A stretch of DNA of 64,000 nucleotides. Source: an uncultured Chloroflexia bacterium. Its GTDB lineage: Bacteria > Chloroflexota > Anaerolineae > Anaerolineales > UBA11858. Position 1 is the first letter of the stretch. Each line of letters begins with the position of its first letter. Location of the stretch: contig CAVQTT010000024.1 of the NCBI GenBank assembly GCA_963716695.1, positions 51,387 to 115,386 of the forward strand. The letters are read 5' to 3'. The position numbers and the translations under genes are program-made. Shown here piece after piece: positions 51,187-61,045 of this stretch. A model generated the notes under the pieces. That model saw nothing but the letters and a program-made list of their open reading frames with translations. It did not search any database and had not been told where the DNA came from.

Positions 51187-52443
51187 ATGCCCTCAACAAA
51201 AGATATCCTGGCTGTGATCATGGGAGGGGGTCAAGGTACCCGGCTCTACCCGCTTACCAAGGTAAGGGCAAAACCTGCTGTCCCGATTGGCGGGAAGTAC
51301 CGGCTGATCGATATCCCGATCAGCAACTGCATCAACTCCAATGTCGATCGCATTGCTTTGCTGACCCAGTTCAATTCAGTCTCCCTTCACCGCCATATCA
51401 CCGGGACCTTTAATTTCGATCCGTTTCACCGGGGCTGGGTTCAGATCTGGGCCGCCGAACAAACCATTCTCAATGATACCTGGTACCAGGGCACCGCCGA
51501 CGCGGTCCGCCAGCAGATATTTGAAATTCACAGCACAGGTTTGGAATATACTTTGATCCTGGCAGGAGACCACCTCTACAGGATGGATTATGAATTAATG
51601 GCAGAACATATGTGGGAGCACGGCGGGGATATCTCCATCGCCCTTCAGCCTGTATCCCTGGAGGCTGCTCCCCGCCTGGGCATCCTGAAACGAGGTAAAG
51701 ATCACCGGATCACCGATTTTGTGGAAAAACCCAAAGACTTAAGTGTTCAAAAAAGCTTCATCAGCAGGGATGATCCCGAGAAGCCATTGCTGGGATCTAT
51801 GGGGATCTACCTTTTTAAGACATCCGTGCTCGATGATCTGCTAAACAAGCTTGATGTGGACGATTTTGGCAAGGAAGTCATCCCCCAAGCTATTCGCTCC
51901 CACAAAGTGGTTGGCTATGATTTTAATGGGTACTGGGAAGATATTGGTACCATGCGCTCTTTTTATGAAGCCAATTTGGCTTTGACACAACCTTCCCCTC
52001 CTTTCAATTTTTATGATGTCAATCAACCCATCTATACCCATGCCCGGTTCTTGCCAGGATCGATCATCGCGGGCGCCAACCTGAAAGACGTCTCACTCTC
52101 CGATGGTTGTTTTATTGGACAGGCTGACATTGAATGCAGCGTGATCGGACTTCGCAGTCAAATTCAGGCTGGCTCGGTCATCCGTAATACAGTGATTATG
52201 GGAGCTGATTATTACGAAGGGGACAAAACTGCTCCAGGCCCGGTTCCTATCGGTGTCGGAGAAAATTCTTATATTGATGGGGCCATCATCGATAAAAATG
52301 CCCGGATCGGGAAGAATGTTGTGGTCAAACCCTTCCCTCCAGGAACGGAACTGGATACCACAAATTGGTCAATAAGGGATGGAATCGTGGTCATTCCCAA
52401 GAGCGTGATTATCCCTGATGGCACCCAGATCGTCCCAGAATAA
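51187..52443 (+). CDS. glgC: Glucose-1-phosphate adenylyltransferase
   Basis: GGGQGTRLYPLT..RAKPAVP, WYQGTADAV, AGDHLY, FVEKP, DDFGKEVIP, YWEDIGT. Confidence 0.97.
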   Translation: MPSTKDILAVIMGGGQGTRLYPLTKVRAKPAVPIGGKYRLIDIPISNCINSNVDRIALLTQFNSVSLHRHITGTFNFDPFHRGWVQIWAAEQTILNDTWYQGTADAVRQQIFEIHSTGLEYTLILAGDHLYRMDYELMAEHMWEHGGDISIALQPVSLEAAPRLGILKRGKDHRITDFVEKPKDLSVQKSFISRDDPEKPLLGSMGIYLFKTSVLDDLLNKLDVDDFGKEVIPQAIRSHKVVGYDFNGYWEDIGTMRSFYEANLALTQPSPPFNFYDVNQPIYTHARFLPGSIIAGANLKDVSLSDGCFIGQADIECSVIGLRSQIQAGSVIRNTVIMGADYYEGDKTAPGPVPIGVGENSYIDGAIIDKNARIGKNVVVKPFPPGTELDTTNWSIRDGIVVIPKSVIIPDGTQIVPE

Positions 52444-52459
52444 TCCCCCCTGGGGAAAT

Positions 52460-52910
52460 ATATTAACAAAAAAAACCCTCAAATGAGGATATTTTAAGTT
52501 AATAAGGGATTAATAATATAGCCAATAACTGTGGATAAATAGGGTTATTGTGTGGATAACCTACGCTAAATGGGGATAACCTCCCGTTTTATTGGGGTTT
52601 TTCCGGTGTAAAAGTTGAGAGTTTTGGGCTATCTATCCACAGAAAATGACCCCTCTTTCTATCATTTACCGTTTTTTAGGGATAATCCTCCCTCTTATCC
52701 TTCTACAATCCCCAGGGGCTTGTGGAAGGATAGTGGGTCTGTGATTCAAAACTTGCCCCATCAAGGATGGGTGACCGGATGCTGTCCCCCATATAGAGGG
52801 GTTATTATGCTAAATAGCAGAGAGAGCACTACAATCTCCACATATCCCCAACCCCTACTAAGACTACTATTTATAAATACTTAATTATCAAGGGGATAAT
52901 GTATACCCTC
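52460..52910. other. oriC: Probable chromosomal replication origin (oriC)
   Basis: AT-rich 485-bp gap; perfect TGTGGATAA at 52530 and 52551; near matches at 52571, 52633, 52677, 52834, 52842 and 52891; CTA-CTA-AGA-CTA-CTA trios at 52855-52869 followed by an AT-rich tract. Confidence 0.8.
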
Positions 52911-52928
52911 CAACAGCGCAGATCGAGT

Positions 52929-53705
52929 TCAATTACCTTTCCAGACAGGAGGTCTTTTTTTCAGGAAGGCTTGCATACCCTCCTTTTGATCCTGGCTGGA
53001 GAACAGGGCATAGAAAATTTCCTGTTCTTGAGATAATCCCTCTTTAAGATTATTTTCAAAGGATAAATTGACGGCTTTTTTAGCTGCTTGAATTGCCAGG
53101 GGAGCACGTTCTGCGATCTGTTGGGCGAGATTGAGAGCCTGGTCCAGGTATTCTTCCAGGGAAAAAACCTGGTTGATCAGTCCATAATGCAGGGCTTCAG
53201 CTGCCGTCAGGGTTCGATTATTGAGGATCATCTCCATGGCAAGGACTTTGCCAACTGCTCTCGTCAGGCGCTGAGTACCACCTGCTCCTGGAATCACACC
53301 CAGGTTGATCTCGGGTTGACCGAATTTAGAATTCTCGGCAGCAATGATCATGTCACAGGACATAGCCAATTCGATCCCTCCTCCCAGGCAGAAACCTGCA
53401 ACCGCGGCAATGACAGGTTTGTGGATTTTCTGGATTTCAGAAAATAGCGGGATAAAGGGACTTTCCCTGATCTGTTCCTCGCTGGCTTCAGCCATATGAA
53501 CGATATCTGCGCCAGCAGCGAAAGCTTTTTGACTGCCGGTCACAACGATCGAACCCACCGTTGAATCGCTGTCGAATAGATGCAGCGCATCAGCTAGTTC
53601 TGTCAGCAGATCCAGGTTTAACGCGTTATAGGCTTCAGGTCGATTTAGGGTAATTAGTCCAACGCGGCCTTGAAGGGAGGTGAGGATATTTTTGTATGAT
53701 TTCAT
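52929..53705 (-). CDS. Enoyl-CoA hydratase/isomerase
   Basis: LNRPEAYNAL, FAAGADI, LGGGIELA, FGQPEI..GVIPGAGGTQRL. Confidence 0.93.
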   Translation of the reverse strand: MKSYKNILTSLQGRVGLITLNRPEAYNALNLDLLTELADALHLFDSDSTVGSIVVTGSQKAFAAGADIVHMAEASEEQIRESPFIPLFSEIQKIHKPVIAAVAGFCLGGGIELAMSCDMIIAAENSKFGQPEINLGVIPGAGGTQRLTRAVGKVLAMEMILNNRTLTAAEALHYGLINQVFSLEEYLDQALNLAQQIAERAPLAIQAAKKAVNLSFENNLKEGLSQEQEIFYALFSSQDQKEGMQAFLKKRPPVWKGN

Positions 53706-53738
53706 GATTGATAAGCTCCTCTTTAAAATTTAGGGGTA

Positions 53739-54476
53739 TTAATTGGAGGAAAAACTGGAGCAGAGTGGAATTTGATCTGGATTGTCGATCCCGTTTAGTG
53801 GGAGATCAAAATAGGAGGATGGATCCAGAGTGTTTTTAATATTTAGCTCATTCAGGAATGTTCCCCTGCCATCATCTTTGACGATTGAAAAATGGAGGTG
53901 GACTCCAACAGGATTTCCTGGAGTGCCGGAATAATTACCCTGGTATCCCAGCAGGGTTCCTTCAGAGATGAACAGGTCTGTTGTTCCTGGAGGAAAATCA
54001 TCCACAATGTAGGAATTACCATCCTTGTTTGCCAGGTGAGTGTAATAGGTCCAGATTTGTCGATCAGGATGGAGAGGATCGCTGGGAATGCGGATGATCA
54101 GGGAGGATTTCCAATCAGTCATCCTGGTCAGGTAGCCATCATAAGCTGCAAAAACAGGGGATTCTCCGCTTCCCTGGCTGGTAAAAATATCAATTCCTTG
54201 ATGTCTGTGTCCGGGTCGAAAGGAATCGTCCCACAAGAAACCAATATACCCAGAAGTAGGAAAAAGAAAGGGGGAGGTTGATTTGCAGCGGGTTAATTCT
54301 TCGACCGACCAATCAGGATAAGCGAGTGGATTGCGGATCCAGGTAACTACTCGCCGGGATCGGTCCGAAGGGCTGAAATAATTTCTCGACAGGAAGTATC
54401 CAACCAAGGTCAGCAAGATAATGAGCAGGGGGATAAACAACCATTTCAGCAAGTTGGGGTTTCGCCTGGGATTCAT
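53739..54476 (-). CDS. M23 family metallopeptidase, membrane-anchored
   Basis: N-terminal TM; HQGID, YTHL, HLHFS zinc motifs. Confidence 0.8.
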   Translation of the reverse strand: MNPRRNPNLLKWLFIPLLIILLTLVGYFLSRNYFSPSDRSRRVVTWIRNPLAYPDWSVEELTRCKSTSPFLFPTSGYIGFLWDDSFRPGHRHQGIDIFTSQGSGESPVFAAYDGYLTRMTDWKSSLIIRIPSDPLHPDRQIWTYYTHLANKDGNSYIVDDFPPGTTDLFISEGTLLGYQGNYSGTPGNPVGVHLHFSIVKDDGRGTFLNELNIKNTLDPSSYFDLPLNGIDNPDQIPLCSSFSSN

Positions 54477-54820
54477 AGTTCATCCGGCGGAGATGGAAAG
54501 GATTGGATCCGATCCAGGCTGTCTTCCAGCCGGGATCCAGTCAGGATGATGCTATTTCCTCCGGTTAATTTTTGGAGTATATCTCCAGCGATTTCACCCG
54601 GTTCGGAAATCAGGGCCTCTTCCAGGGATGGTCGATCCTGAAAGCTAAAAGTGTAGATCCGTTGGATCTGGGGGGACCCCTGGATGATCCTGTCGATCCT
54701 GGTTACGGATTCCTGGAGCAATCCGGGCATTTTTTCGGCTGCCGCCAGGAACGCTGGCCAACCGGTATCAAAGGTTTGAATATCGAGGGCTGCGGGAAGC
54801 AAGATGATCAGTTGATACAT
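54473..54820 (-). CDS. EthD-like dimeric alpha/beta barrel hypothetical protein
   Basis: AEKMPGL...F.D..SLEEAL.SEPG pattern; overlaps the M23 start. Confidence 0.5.
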   Translation of the reverse strand: MYQLIILLPAALDIQTFDTGWPAFLAAAEKMPGLLQESVTRIDRIIQGSPQIQRIYTFSFQDRPSLEEALISEPGEIAGDILQKLTGGNSIILTGSRLEDSLDRIQSFPSPPDEL

Positions 54821-54851
54821 AGAAGGGAGGAGAGGTTCAATGAGGGATATT

Positions 54852-56303
54852 TTAGGGAGCAAATACGTGATAGACGTTCCCGCCTTTTTCCTTGGCCTTG
54901 TACATGGCGATGTCAGCCTTCTTGATCAGGGCTTCCGGGGTATCCCCATCGTCCGGGAAAAAAACGATCCCAATGCTGGTTGTGATATTTACTTCATAAC
55001 CTTCCAGGCTAAAAGTTGTACTCAGGGCAGATAATATACGCTCAGCAGTTGGGATTGCGTCCTGCTGCAACTGCATTTCAGGAAGAATCAACAAAAACTC
55101 ATCACCGCCCATGCGGGCTACAGTATCGCTCTTCCGGAGCAAACCTAACAGCCTCTGGGCTACGGCTTGGAGAAGAGTATCACCGACATTATGCCCGTAG
55201 GAATCATTCACAGCCTTGAGATGATCGAGATCAAATAACATCACACAGATCTTCTGGTCGTTGCGCTGGGCCCGGGCAATTTCCAGCAGGATGCGCTCAT
55301 TAAAAAGCCTGCGGTTTGGCAGCCCGGTCAAGGCGTCATGATTGGCCAGATGTTTGATAGCTTTTTCGGCTTTTTTCCGGTCAGCGATCTCCTGCTGGGC
55401 CTGTTCATATAACTTGGCGTTCTGGATTGCGATCGCAGCCTGGTCACCGAGGAATTCCAGGGCCCGAATCTCGTTCTCAGAAAAAACATGAGCCCTTTTA
55501 AGAGCGACGTTCATCACCCCCAGCACTTTGCTGCCGATTTTCAGCGGCAGGCTGATGATCGATCCCTCCCAGACCCTGTCCTCAAATAGCGGGTCGGACA
55601 GAGTATCATCTACAACGATCAGCTTGCCCTCCCGGGCAACTTGATAGGTAATGCCTTGCGGACGGGGATGCATAAAGGGTTCTTTTTGTTGGTGCCCGTC
55701 AAATAAGGCGGCGGCGAATGACAAAGACCCATGTTCGTATAGAAATACGTGGGTATCATCTGCAGAGACCAGTTCCAGGGCGCTCTCTAAAATAGCTTCC
55801 AGCACAGCATCCAGGGATAAATTCATGGTCAAATGCAAGCTGGCTTTCCTGATCGAGAGCAGCTCGTTCAGCCGGTTGTTCAAATCTTCCTGAACCAGGA
55901 GATTCGACCTGAGGTATTCTGATTGGGAAACCAGTGAATAAATGAAGTTGAGAAAAAGGGGAGTTTCCAGATCTTTCCGATTCACGCGGAATATATCCCT
56001 CTTTTCCTGGTAGGGTATCAGGGAAGTCCTGTCAGCGACCAGTACCAAGGATATACCCTTGAACGAACCGGCGATCTCGGGTAACAGGACCTCCAATGGA
56101 GTATCCAGAGATTGAATGTCTACCAGCATAACATGGCAGGATTCTCTGACCTCGGCTGGAATGACCTCTTTGAGATCCGAAAGGTGTTGAATCTTAAGGG
56201 CGGGACCAGGAAGCCCAGAGTTCTGGGAGGATACCAGCCAACCCTTGAGACTTTTTGTGAAAGAGGGGTTGGCAGAATGGCTGAGGATGTAAATGGATTC
56301 CAT
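54852..56303 (-). CDS. GAF-GGDEF diguanylate cyclase
   Basis: HDALTGLPNR, DLDHLKAVND.YGH..GD, RKSD I-site, GGDEF. Confidence 0.93.
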   Translation of the reverse strand: MESIYILSHSANPSFTKSLKGWLVSSQNSGLPGPALKIQHLSDLKEVIPAEVRESCHVMLVDIQSLDTPLEVLLPEIAGSFKGISLVLVADRTSLIPYQEKRDIFRVNRKDLETPLFLNFIYSLVSQSEYLRSNLLVQEDLNNRLNELLSIRKASLHLTMNLSLDAVLEAILESALELVSADDTHVFLYEHGSLSFAAALFDGHQQKEPFMHPRPQGITYQVAREGKLIVVDDTLSDPLFEDRVWEGSIISLPLKIGSKVLGVMNVALKRAHVFSENEIRALEFLGDQAAIAIQNAKLYEQAQQEIADRKKAEKAIKHLANHDALTGLPNRRLFNERILLEIARAQRNDQKICVMLFDLDHLKAVNDSYGHNVGDTLLQAVAQRLLGLLRKSDTVARMGGDEFLLILPEMQLQQDAIPTAERILSALSTTFSLEGYEVNITTSIGIVFFPDDGDTPEALIKKADIAMYKAKEKGGNVYHVFAP

Positions 56304-56547
56304 AACTTAAATGTGCCAAATGTCTGAGGAATGTTTTCCCATTATACAACAGGTTGGTGGTGCCGCAGCTTGGGAATAAGGACAGCTCCCTATCCCGGGC
56401 ATTTCGCATAGGTATCAACCTGGATAATATAATCAGTTCCTGATTTTGGATAGGAAATACTGGAAAAACCCTAATCTATCCCTCTCCAAAAAATATGGTA
56501 AGATAGGCCTAAGTGGAGGTGATGGATCGAATAGATCCACAAAACCC

Positions 56548-56907
56548 ATGACAGAAAAAATAACTATCATCGAAGGACCAACTCCGGAGTTTCGTGAAGT
56601 GAACGGCCTGTGGATCCAGGGAGTGACTGATAGCCCGGGCCAGTTCGATACCTTTTTTACTGAACTGCGAACATTTGACGGCCCTGCCCTGCTAGAGCGC
56701 TGCAGCACTGCCTGGGACAATAACGAGCTGATCGTGCTGGAGTATCGGACTGAAGTTGGCCTGGTGGAAGAGATCACCATCATAGCGGCGCATTTTGAAG
56801 AAACTGACGAAGGGGATACGATCCAGCTCTGGGTTCGCCAGCCCCGGGAAGATGTCGAATTCGAGTTAAAATTTGATGACAGTGATGACGAGGAAGATTA
56901 TTTTTAA
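56548..56907 (+). CDS. Conserved-looking acidic hypothetical protein
   Basis: MTEKITIIEGPTPEF...LRTFDGPALLERC; followed by a terminator. Confidence 0.6.
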   Translation: MTEKITIIEGPTPEFREVNGLWIQGVTDSPGQFDTFFTELRTFDGPALLERCSTAWDNNELIVLEYRTEVGLVEEITIIAAHFEETDEGDTIQLWVRQPREDVEFELKFDDSDDEEDYF

Positions 56908-56925
56908 CAGGTCGATTCCAGGAAC

Positions 56926-56950
56926 AAAAAACTCCCCGTCAGGGGAGTTC
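56926..56950. terminator. Terminator between convergent genes
   Basis: aactcccc/ggggagtt inverted repeat with A-tract. Confidence 0.65.
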
Positions 56951-56968
56951 CTTATTTAAGAGGTTGAT

Positions 56969-57256
56969 CTAGTCTTCCCAGAATTCTCCCTCAATAATCG
57001 TATCTTCAGCAGGCACTTGTTGATCCTGGGGAGCCTGCGTGATCCGGAGTTCGTCAACCAGATCGTCTGGAACCAATGACAGGAAAAATTGCAGGAAAAG
57101 AGTGATCACAACGGCATCATCGAAAGGGCCTGGTACCAGGTCAGGGTAAAGCAGATAGAGCAGGGACAAAAAAGGAAGCAATTTTATCAGGGGATGAACC
57201 CGCTTATCCTTCATCAAACGCATAATTAATTGAAGCTGTTTTACCATGAGCGTCAT
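56969..57256 (-). CDS. DUF1232 (YkvA-like) protein
   Basis: D.RVHPLIK, YLLYPDLVPGPFDD motif. Confidence 0.7.
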   Translation of the reverse strand: MTLMVKQLQLIMRLMKDKRVHPLIKLLPFLSLLYLLYPDLVPGPFDDAVVITLFLQFFLSLVPDDLVDELRITQAPQDQQVPAEDTIIEGEFWED

Positions 57257-57335
57257 CCTGGACCAGAATTCCAGCGGAACTTAATTATACTACTGTAAGG
57301 TTAGAGAGCTCAGGTTATCTTGTATAATTCGGCAT

Positions 57336-58020
57336 ATGATATTATTACCACCCTTGGAAGGTCTCTTATTTGATTTCGACGGCTTGATCCTGGATACAGA
57401 AACTCCGATCTTTAAAGCCTGGAATGATAAATTCAATGAATATGGCCAGCAGCTATTGCTGGAGGATTGGGCAGAAATCCTCGGAAAATCAACGGACGAC
57501 CTCGGGCCGATCGAAGATTTCTTGGATTCCATCGCCAGCGAAGAGGAAAGTCAAAGGATCATCCAGCAGGTTTCGGAGACAGAAAGAGGCCTGATAGAAA
57601 AACAGAGTCCTTTACCGGGAGCAGTTGAGCTGATTAAACGAGCCAAATACTCAGGGAAGAAATTGGGAATCGTATCCAGCTCGGACCGGAAATGGGTCCA
57701 CGGGCATCTGGGCCGCCTGGGACTATTGGATTATTTTGATCATACATCCTGCTCCGATGATGTCGCTGACGCCAAACCTGATCCTGCTTTATATCACCTG
57801 GGGCTGGGAAAGATGGGCTGTTCTCCTGATAAGGTGGTGGTTCTTGAAGATTCTCCCAATGGAGTTTTGGCAGCCAAAACGAGCAGGCTTATACTGCATT
57901 GCTGTGCCCAATTCGATCACCTGCCAGCTGCCATTTTTTGAAAATGGGGGAACTCCAGACCGGGTGCTGAACTCCTTGATAGATTTTCCCTGGGATGAGA
58001 TGATGAAGGAAAATCAATGA
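57336..58020 (+). CDS. HAD family phosphatase (apparent +1 frameshift ~57878)
   Basis: FDFDGLILDTE, VSSS, KPDP, EDSPNG; shifted frame KRAGLYCIAVPN ends at 58020, overlapping the next ATG. Confidence 0.88.
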
Positions 58021-59138
58021 AAACTATCCTCAACGCGATCATGAAATTTGGGGCCTTTCTCATGGCAGGAGCCTTGGTTTTTGTGCTTCCGCTTGCGCTG
58101 GTGGCCAATAATTTTGGAGAGGTGCTTTTTAATGGGGAAGAGATCAATAATATTGCCAACTCAGTGATCTTGGATTCAGAGATCATTCCGGCTGGGTTGG
58201 AAATCATCACCAATCGCCAGGCAGAAGATATATCCAATAAAATCGAGAATACCGGTCAGCCAGAAGGTCAGGAGTTGAATCTATTTAATTTGATCTACTC
58301 CATGGAAGAAGAGAACTGGATAAATTTCCGGGAAGCTCTGCTTGATGACCAGGTGGTCGGGGATTGGATCACGGGTACAATAGCAGCCTTGTTCCAGTGG
58401 CTGGATTCTGAGGACCCCCTGCCATATGTCTCCTGGGACTTAAATCCCCTGATCGATCGTATGGTCGGTTCAGCCGGGGAACAAGCGGTCGTGGCCTTTT
58501 ATGAATCCCTGCCTGATTGTACAGACCTGCAGATGGAGGATATGCAAACTCCCCCGGGAACGCCTCTGCCCCGGGCAAAAATGGTCAAGGAATTATGCAA
58601 ACTCTCCACATATCCACATTCTGAACAGATCCAGGTCTATAACGATGTCATGAAAATGGTAGTTGAGGCAACTCCATCTGAGTATAACGCGACCAAGGTG
58701 ATCCTCAACCAGGATGAGGTCGGGAGTGCGTTTACTGCCAAGTGGAACTTAAGGACTCTGCGCTGGAATCTTGACACAGCTCTCCTGCTGCCTATCGGCC
58801 TCCTGTTTTTGATCTTGGTGCTGGGTGTACGATCACTGGAAGGTTTAGGTCAGTGGTGGGGAATACCCCTGGCAGGGGGCAGTTTGATCACCCTGATCAC
58901 CTCCCTCCTGTACCGGCCGCTCTGGACCGGACTGCTTACCGAAAGGATGCCAGAATCGATCCCACCCACCTCGCTTTTTTACCACGAGCTGATTGAAGCC
59001 AGCACCAGGCTGATCTCACCGGTTTTCAACCCCCTGCGCTGGCAGTCATTTATCATCCTTTTGATTGGTTCTGGCCTGATGGCCATGGGTTTTGTCCTCC
59101 GCATGCGGGGACCAGATAAAAACAACGATCCAGACTGA
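58017..59138 (+). CDS. Hypothetical membrane protein
   Basis: N-terminal TM, extracytoplasmic domain with LPDCT...LC, three C-terminal TMs. Confidence 0.65.
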   Translation: MKTILNAIMKFGAFLMAGALVFVLPLALVANNFGEVLFNGEEINNIANSVILDSEIIPAGLEIITNRQAEDISNKIENTGQPEGQELNLFNLIYSMEEENWINFREALLDDQVVGDWITGTIAALFQWLDSEDPLPYVSWDLNPLIDRMVGSAGEQAVVAFYESLPDCTDLQMEDMQTPPGTPLPRAKMVKELCKLSTYPHSEQIQVYNDVMKMVVEATPSEYNATKVILNQDEVGSAFTAKWNLRTLRWNLDTALLLPIGLLFLILVLGVRSLEGLGQWWGIPLAGGSLITLITSLLYRPLWTGLLTERMPESIPPTSLFYHELIEASTRLISPVFNPLRWQSFIILLIGSGLMAMGFVLRMRGPDKNNDPD

Positions 59139-59156
59139 ATGACATCATGTAAATAT

Positions 59157-59192
59157 AAAAATCCCTGCCGCATGACATGGCAGGGATTTTTT
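59157..59192. terminator. Bidirectional terminator
   Basis: aaaaatccctgcc/ggcagggattttt inverted repeat. Confidence 0.85.
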
Positions 59193-59210
59193 GTTTGTTG
59201 AGATCGTCAG

Positions 59211-59299
59211 CGGAGGGGGTGGGATTCGAACCCACGGTGACCCTTATAGGCCACAACGGTTTTCGAGACCGCCCCATTCGGCCACTCTGGCACCCCTCC
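59211..59299 (-). tRNA. tRNA-Ser(CGA)
   Basis: Minus strand GGAGGGGTG..., anticodon arm gcggt-CTCGAAA-accgt, long variable arm, GGTTCGAATCC; CCA not encoded. Confidence 0.95.
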
Positions 59300-59587
59300 C
59301 TGATCACAAAACATTATACCAAGCGGGCAAACAAGAGTAAACTCAACCCGAACCGGTGCTAATTGAGCCTGCCGGCGTGAGCCAGGTGAGTTTTTTATTA
59401 AACTTTCCTTAACAATTTTGTTGATTACCCCCTGCTGGCCGAGAACTTCCTCTTTACAACCAGATGCCCTCCAGAATATCTCCAGATTAATACGCTACAA
59501 TGAGGCAGATTTGAGGGATTTTGTTGCTCAATTACCTGGAGGGATTTCCCTCCAGATCATGGATAGACCAGGTCACGAGGAAAAATT

Positions 59588-61021
59588 ATGAAAACAAGAA
59601 CCATTATTATCATTGTTGTGATCGCTTTGGTTTTAGCAGGCGGTACATTTGGCATTGTCAGTGCCCGCCGTCAAGCCCAGGCCAGCTCCAGCGATCTGCA
59701 AACTTACCAGCTTGGCATGGGGGACCTGAATGCGGTTGTGGACGAGACAGGTGAAGTCCATGCCGATCAGAGCGCCAACCTTCTGTGGGAGAGCGCAGGA
59801 GTGGTCGACCAGATCACTGTTGGACTGGGCGATCGCGTCAAAGCTGATCAGGTCCTGGCAACCTTAAGGGAAGACTCCCTTTCCCAAAACTATTTTATGT
59901 CCCAGCAGGAACTGATCAATGCCACTAGAGCTCTGGAAGACCTTTATGAGAATGCCGCTCAGGTTGCAGCCAATGCCCAGTCTGCGGTCGCGGTAGCCAG
60001 GGACAAACTCGATGATGCCGAATACCGCTGGCTTCTGAACCAGCCCGGAAATCGCTACTCACCTGAAGAACTAAAAGCAGCCAAAGCCAGATTGGTTCTG
60101 GCAGAGAAACAATTGGAGAACAAGCAAAAACGCTATGACAATGCCAGGGGATCGATTAATAAAGCCCAGGCCCAGCTGCTTCTAACGGATGCGATCAACC
60201 AATGGCAGCAGGCGGTCTGGTATGTCAATTGGCTCCAGGTAGGCGCCGATGAGATTGAGATGGCAATCTTGGATGCCAACGTCGCTGTGGCTCTGGCAAA
60301 CCTTGATTCCGCTGAAAGGCAGTATGAAAAAGTAAAAGATGGTCCGGATCCAGATGATATCAGGATGGCTGAAGCCCGGATCGCAGGTGCCCAGGCCACC
60401 GTTGATGCGGCCTCAATAACGGCCCCATTTGATGGTGTGATCACGGCAGTTGAAGTTCTGGCGGGAGACCTGGTAACTCCCAACAGCCTGGCTTTCAGGA
60501 TCGATAATCTGGATAACTTGCTGGTGGATGTGAATATTTCTGAAGTGGATATCAATCAGATCCAGGTTGGACAGCCTGCCACGCTGAACTTTGATGCCAT
60601 ACTGGGCCAGGAATACCAGGGAGAAGTTGTCAAAGTATCTCCCGTGGGAGTACAGCAGCAAGGCCTGGTTTCCTTTGAAGTAACCATCAAGGTCCTGGAC
60701 GCAGACCCAGAAGTTCGACCCGGATTAACCACGGCTGTTCAGATTGTTGTCCGCCAGGTGAGAGATGCTCTTTTGATTCCCAATCGGGCAGTACGCTGGG
60801 TCAACGGTGAACAGGTTGTATATTTGTCCCCATCTGGCAAGGCGGCAGATTTGGTGAGCCTGGTTAAAGTTCCGGTATCGCTGGGGGCCTCGTCTGATGA
60901 ATATACCGAGCTGTTGTCTGGAGATCTGGCAGAAGGAGATTTTCTGGTCCTGAATCCACCCAGTGTCAGCATTTTTGATGAAATGCAACCCGGCCAGGGT
61001 CCCCCCGATGGATTCCGTTAG
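59588..61021 (+). CDS. Membrane fusion (MacA/HlyD-like) adaptor subunit
   Basis: N-terminal TM; V.LGDRVKADQVLA; coiled coil; ITAPFDGVI; ISEVDI; RPGLT. Confidence 0.88.
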   Translation: MKTRTIIIIVVIALVLAGGTFGIVSARRQAQASSSDLQTYQLGMGDLNAVVDETGEVHADQSANLLWESAGVVDQITVGLGDRVKADQVLATLREDSLSQNYFMSQQELINATRALEDLYENAAQVAANAQSAVAVARDKLDDAEYRWLLNQPGNRYSPEELKAAKARLVLAEKQLENKQKRYDNARGSINKAQAQLLLTDAINQWQQAVWYVNWLQVGADEIEMAILDANVAVALANLDSAERQYEKVKDGPDPDDIRMAEARIAGAQATVDAASITAPFDGVITAVEVLAGDLVTPNSLAFRIDNLDNLLVDVNISEVDINQIQVGQPATLNFDAILGQEYQGEVVKVSPVGVQQQGLVSFEVTIKVLDADPEVRPGLTTAVQIVVRQVRDALLIPNRAVRWVNGEQVVYLSPSGKAADLVSLVKVPVSLGASSDEYTELLSGDLAEGDFLVLNPPSVSIFDEMQPGQGPPDGFR

Positions 61022-61045
61022 ATAGCGGTTGAGCAGGAGTTTAAT

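Noticed and set aside
52615-52884. 89-aa ORF in the glgC/enoyl-CoA hydratase gap
   Set aside because: TTG start, no RBS, no protein-like features; overlaps DnaA boxes and trios
59211-59299. tRNA genes as island integration sites
   Set aside because: No integrase and no duplicated tRNA 3' end seen in the window
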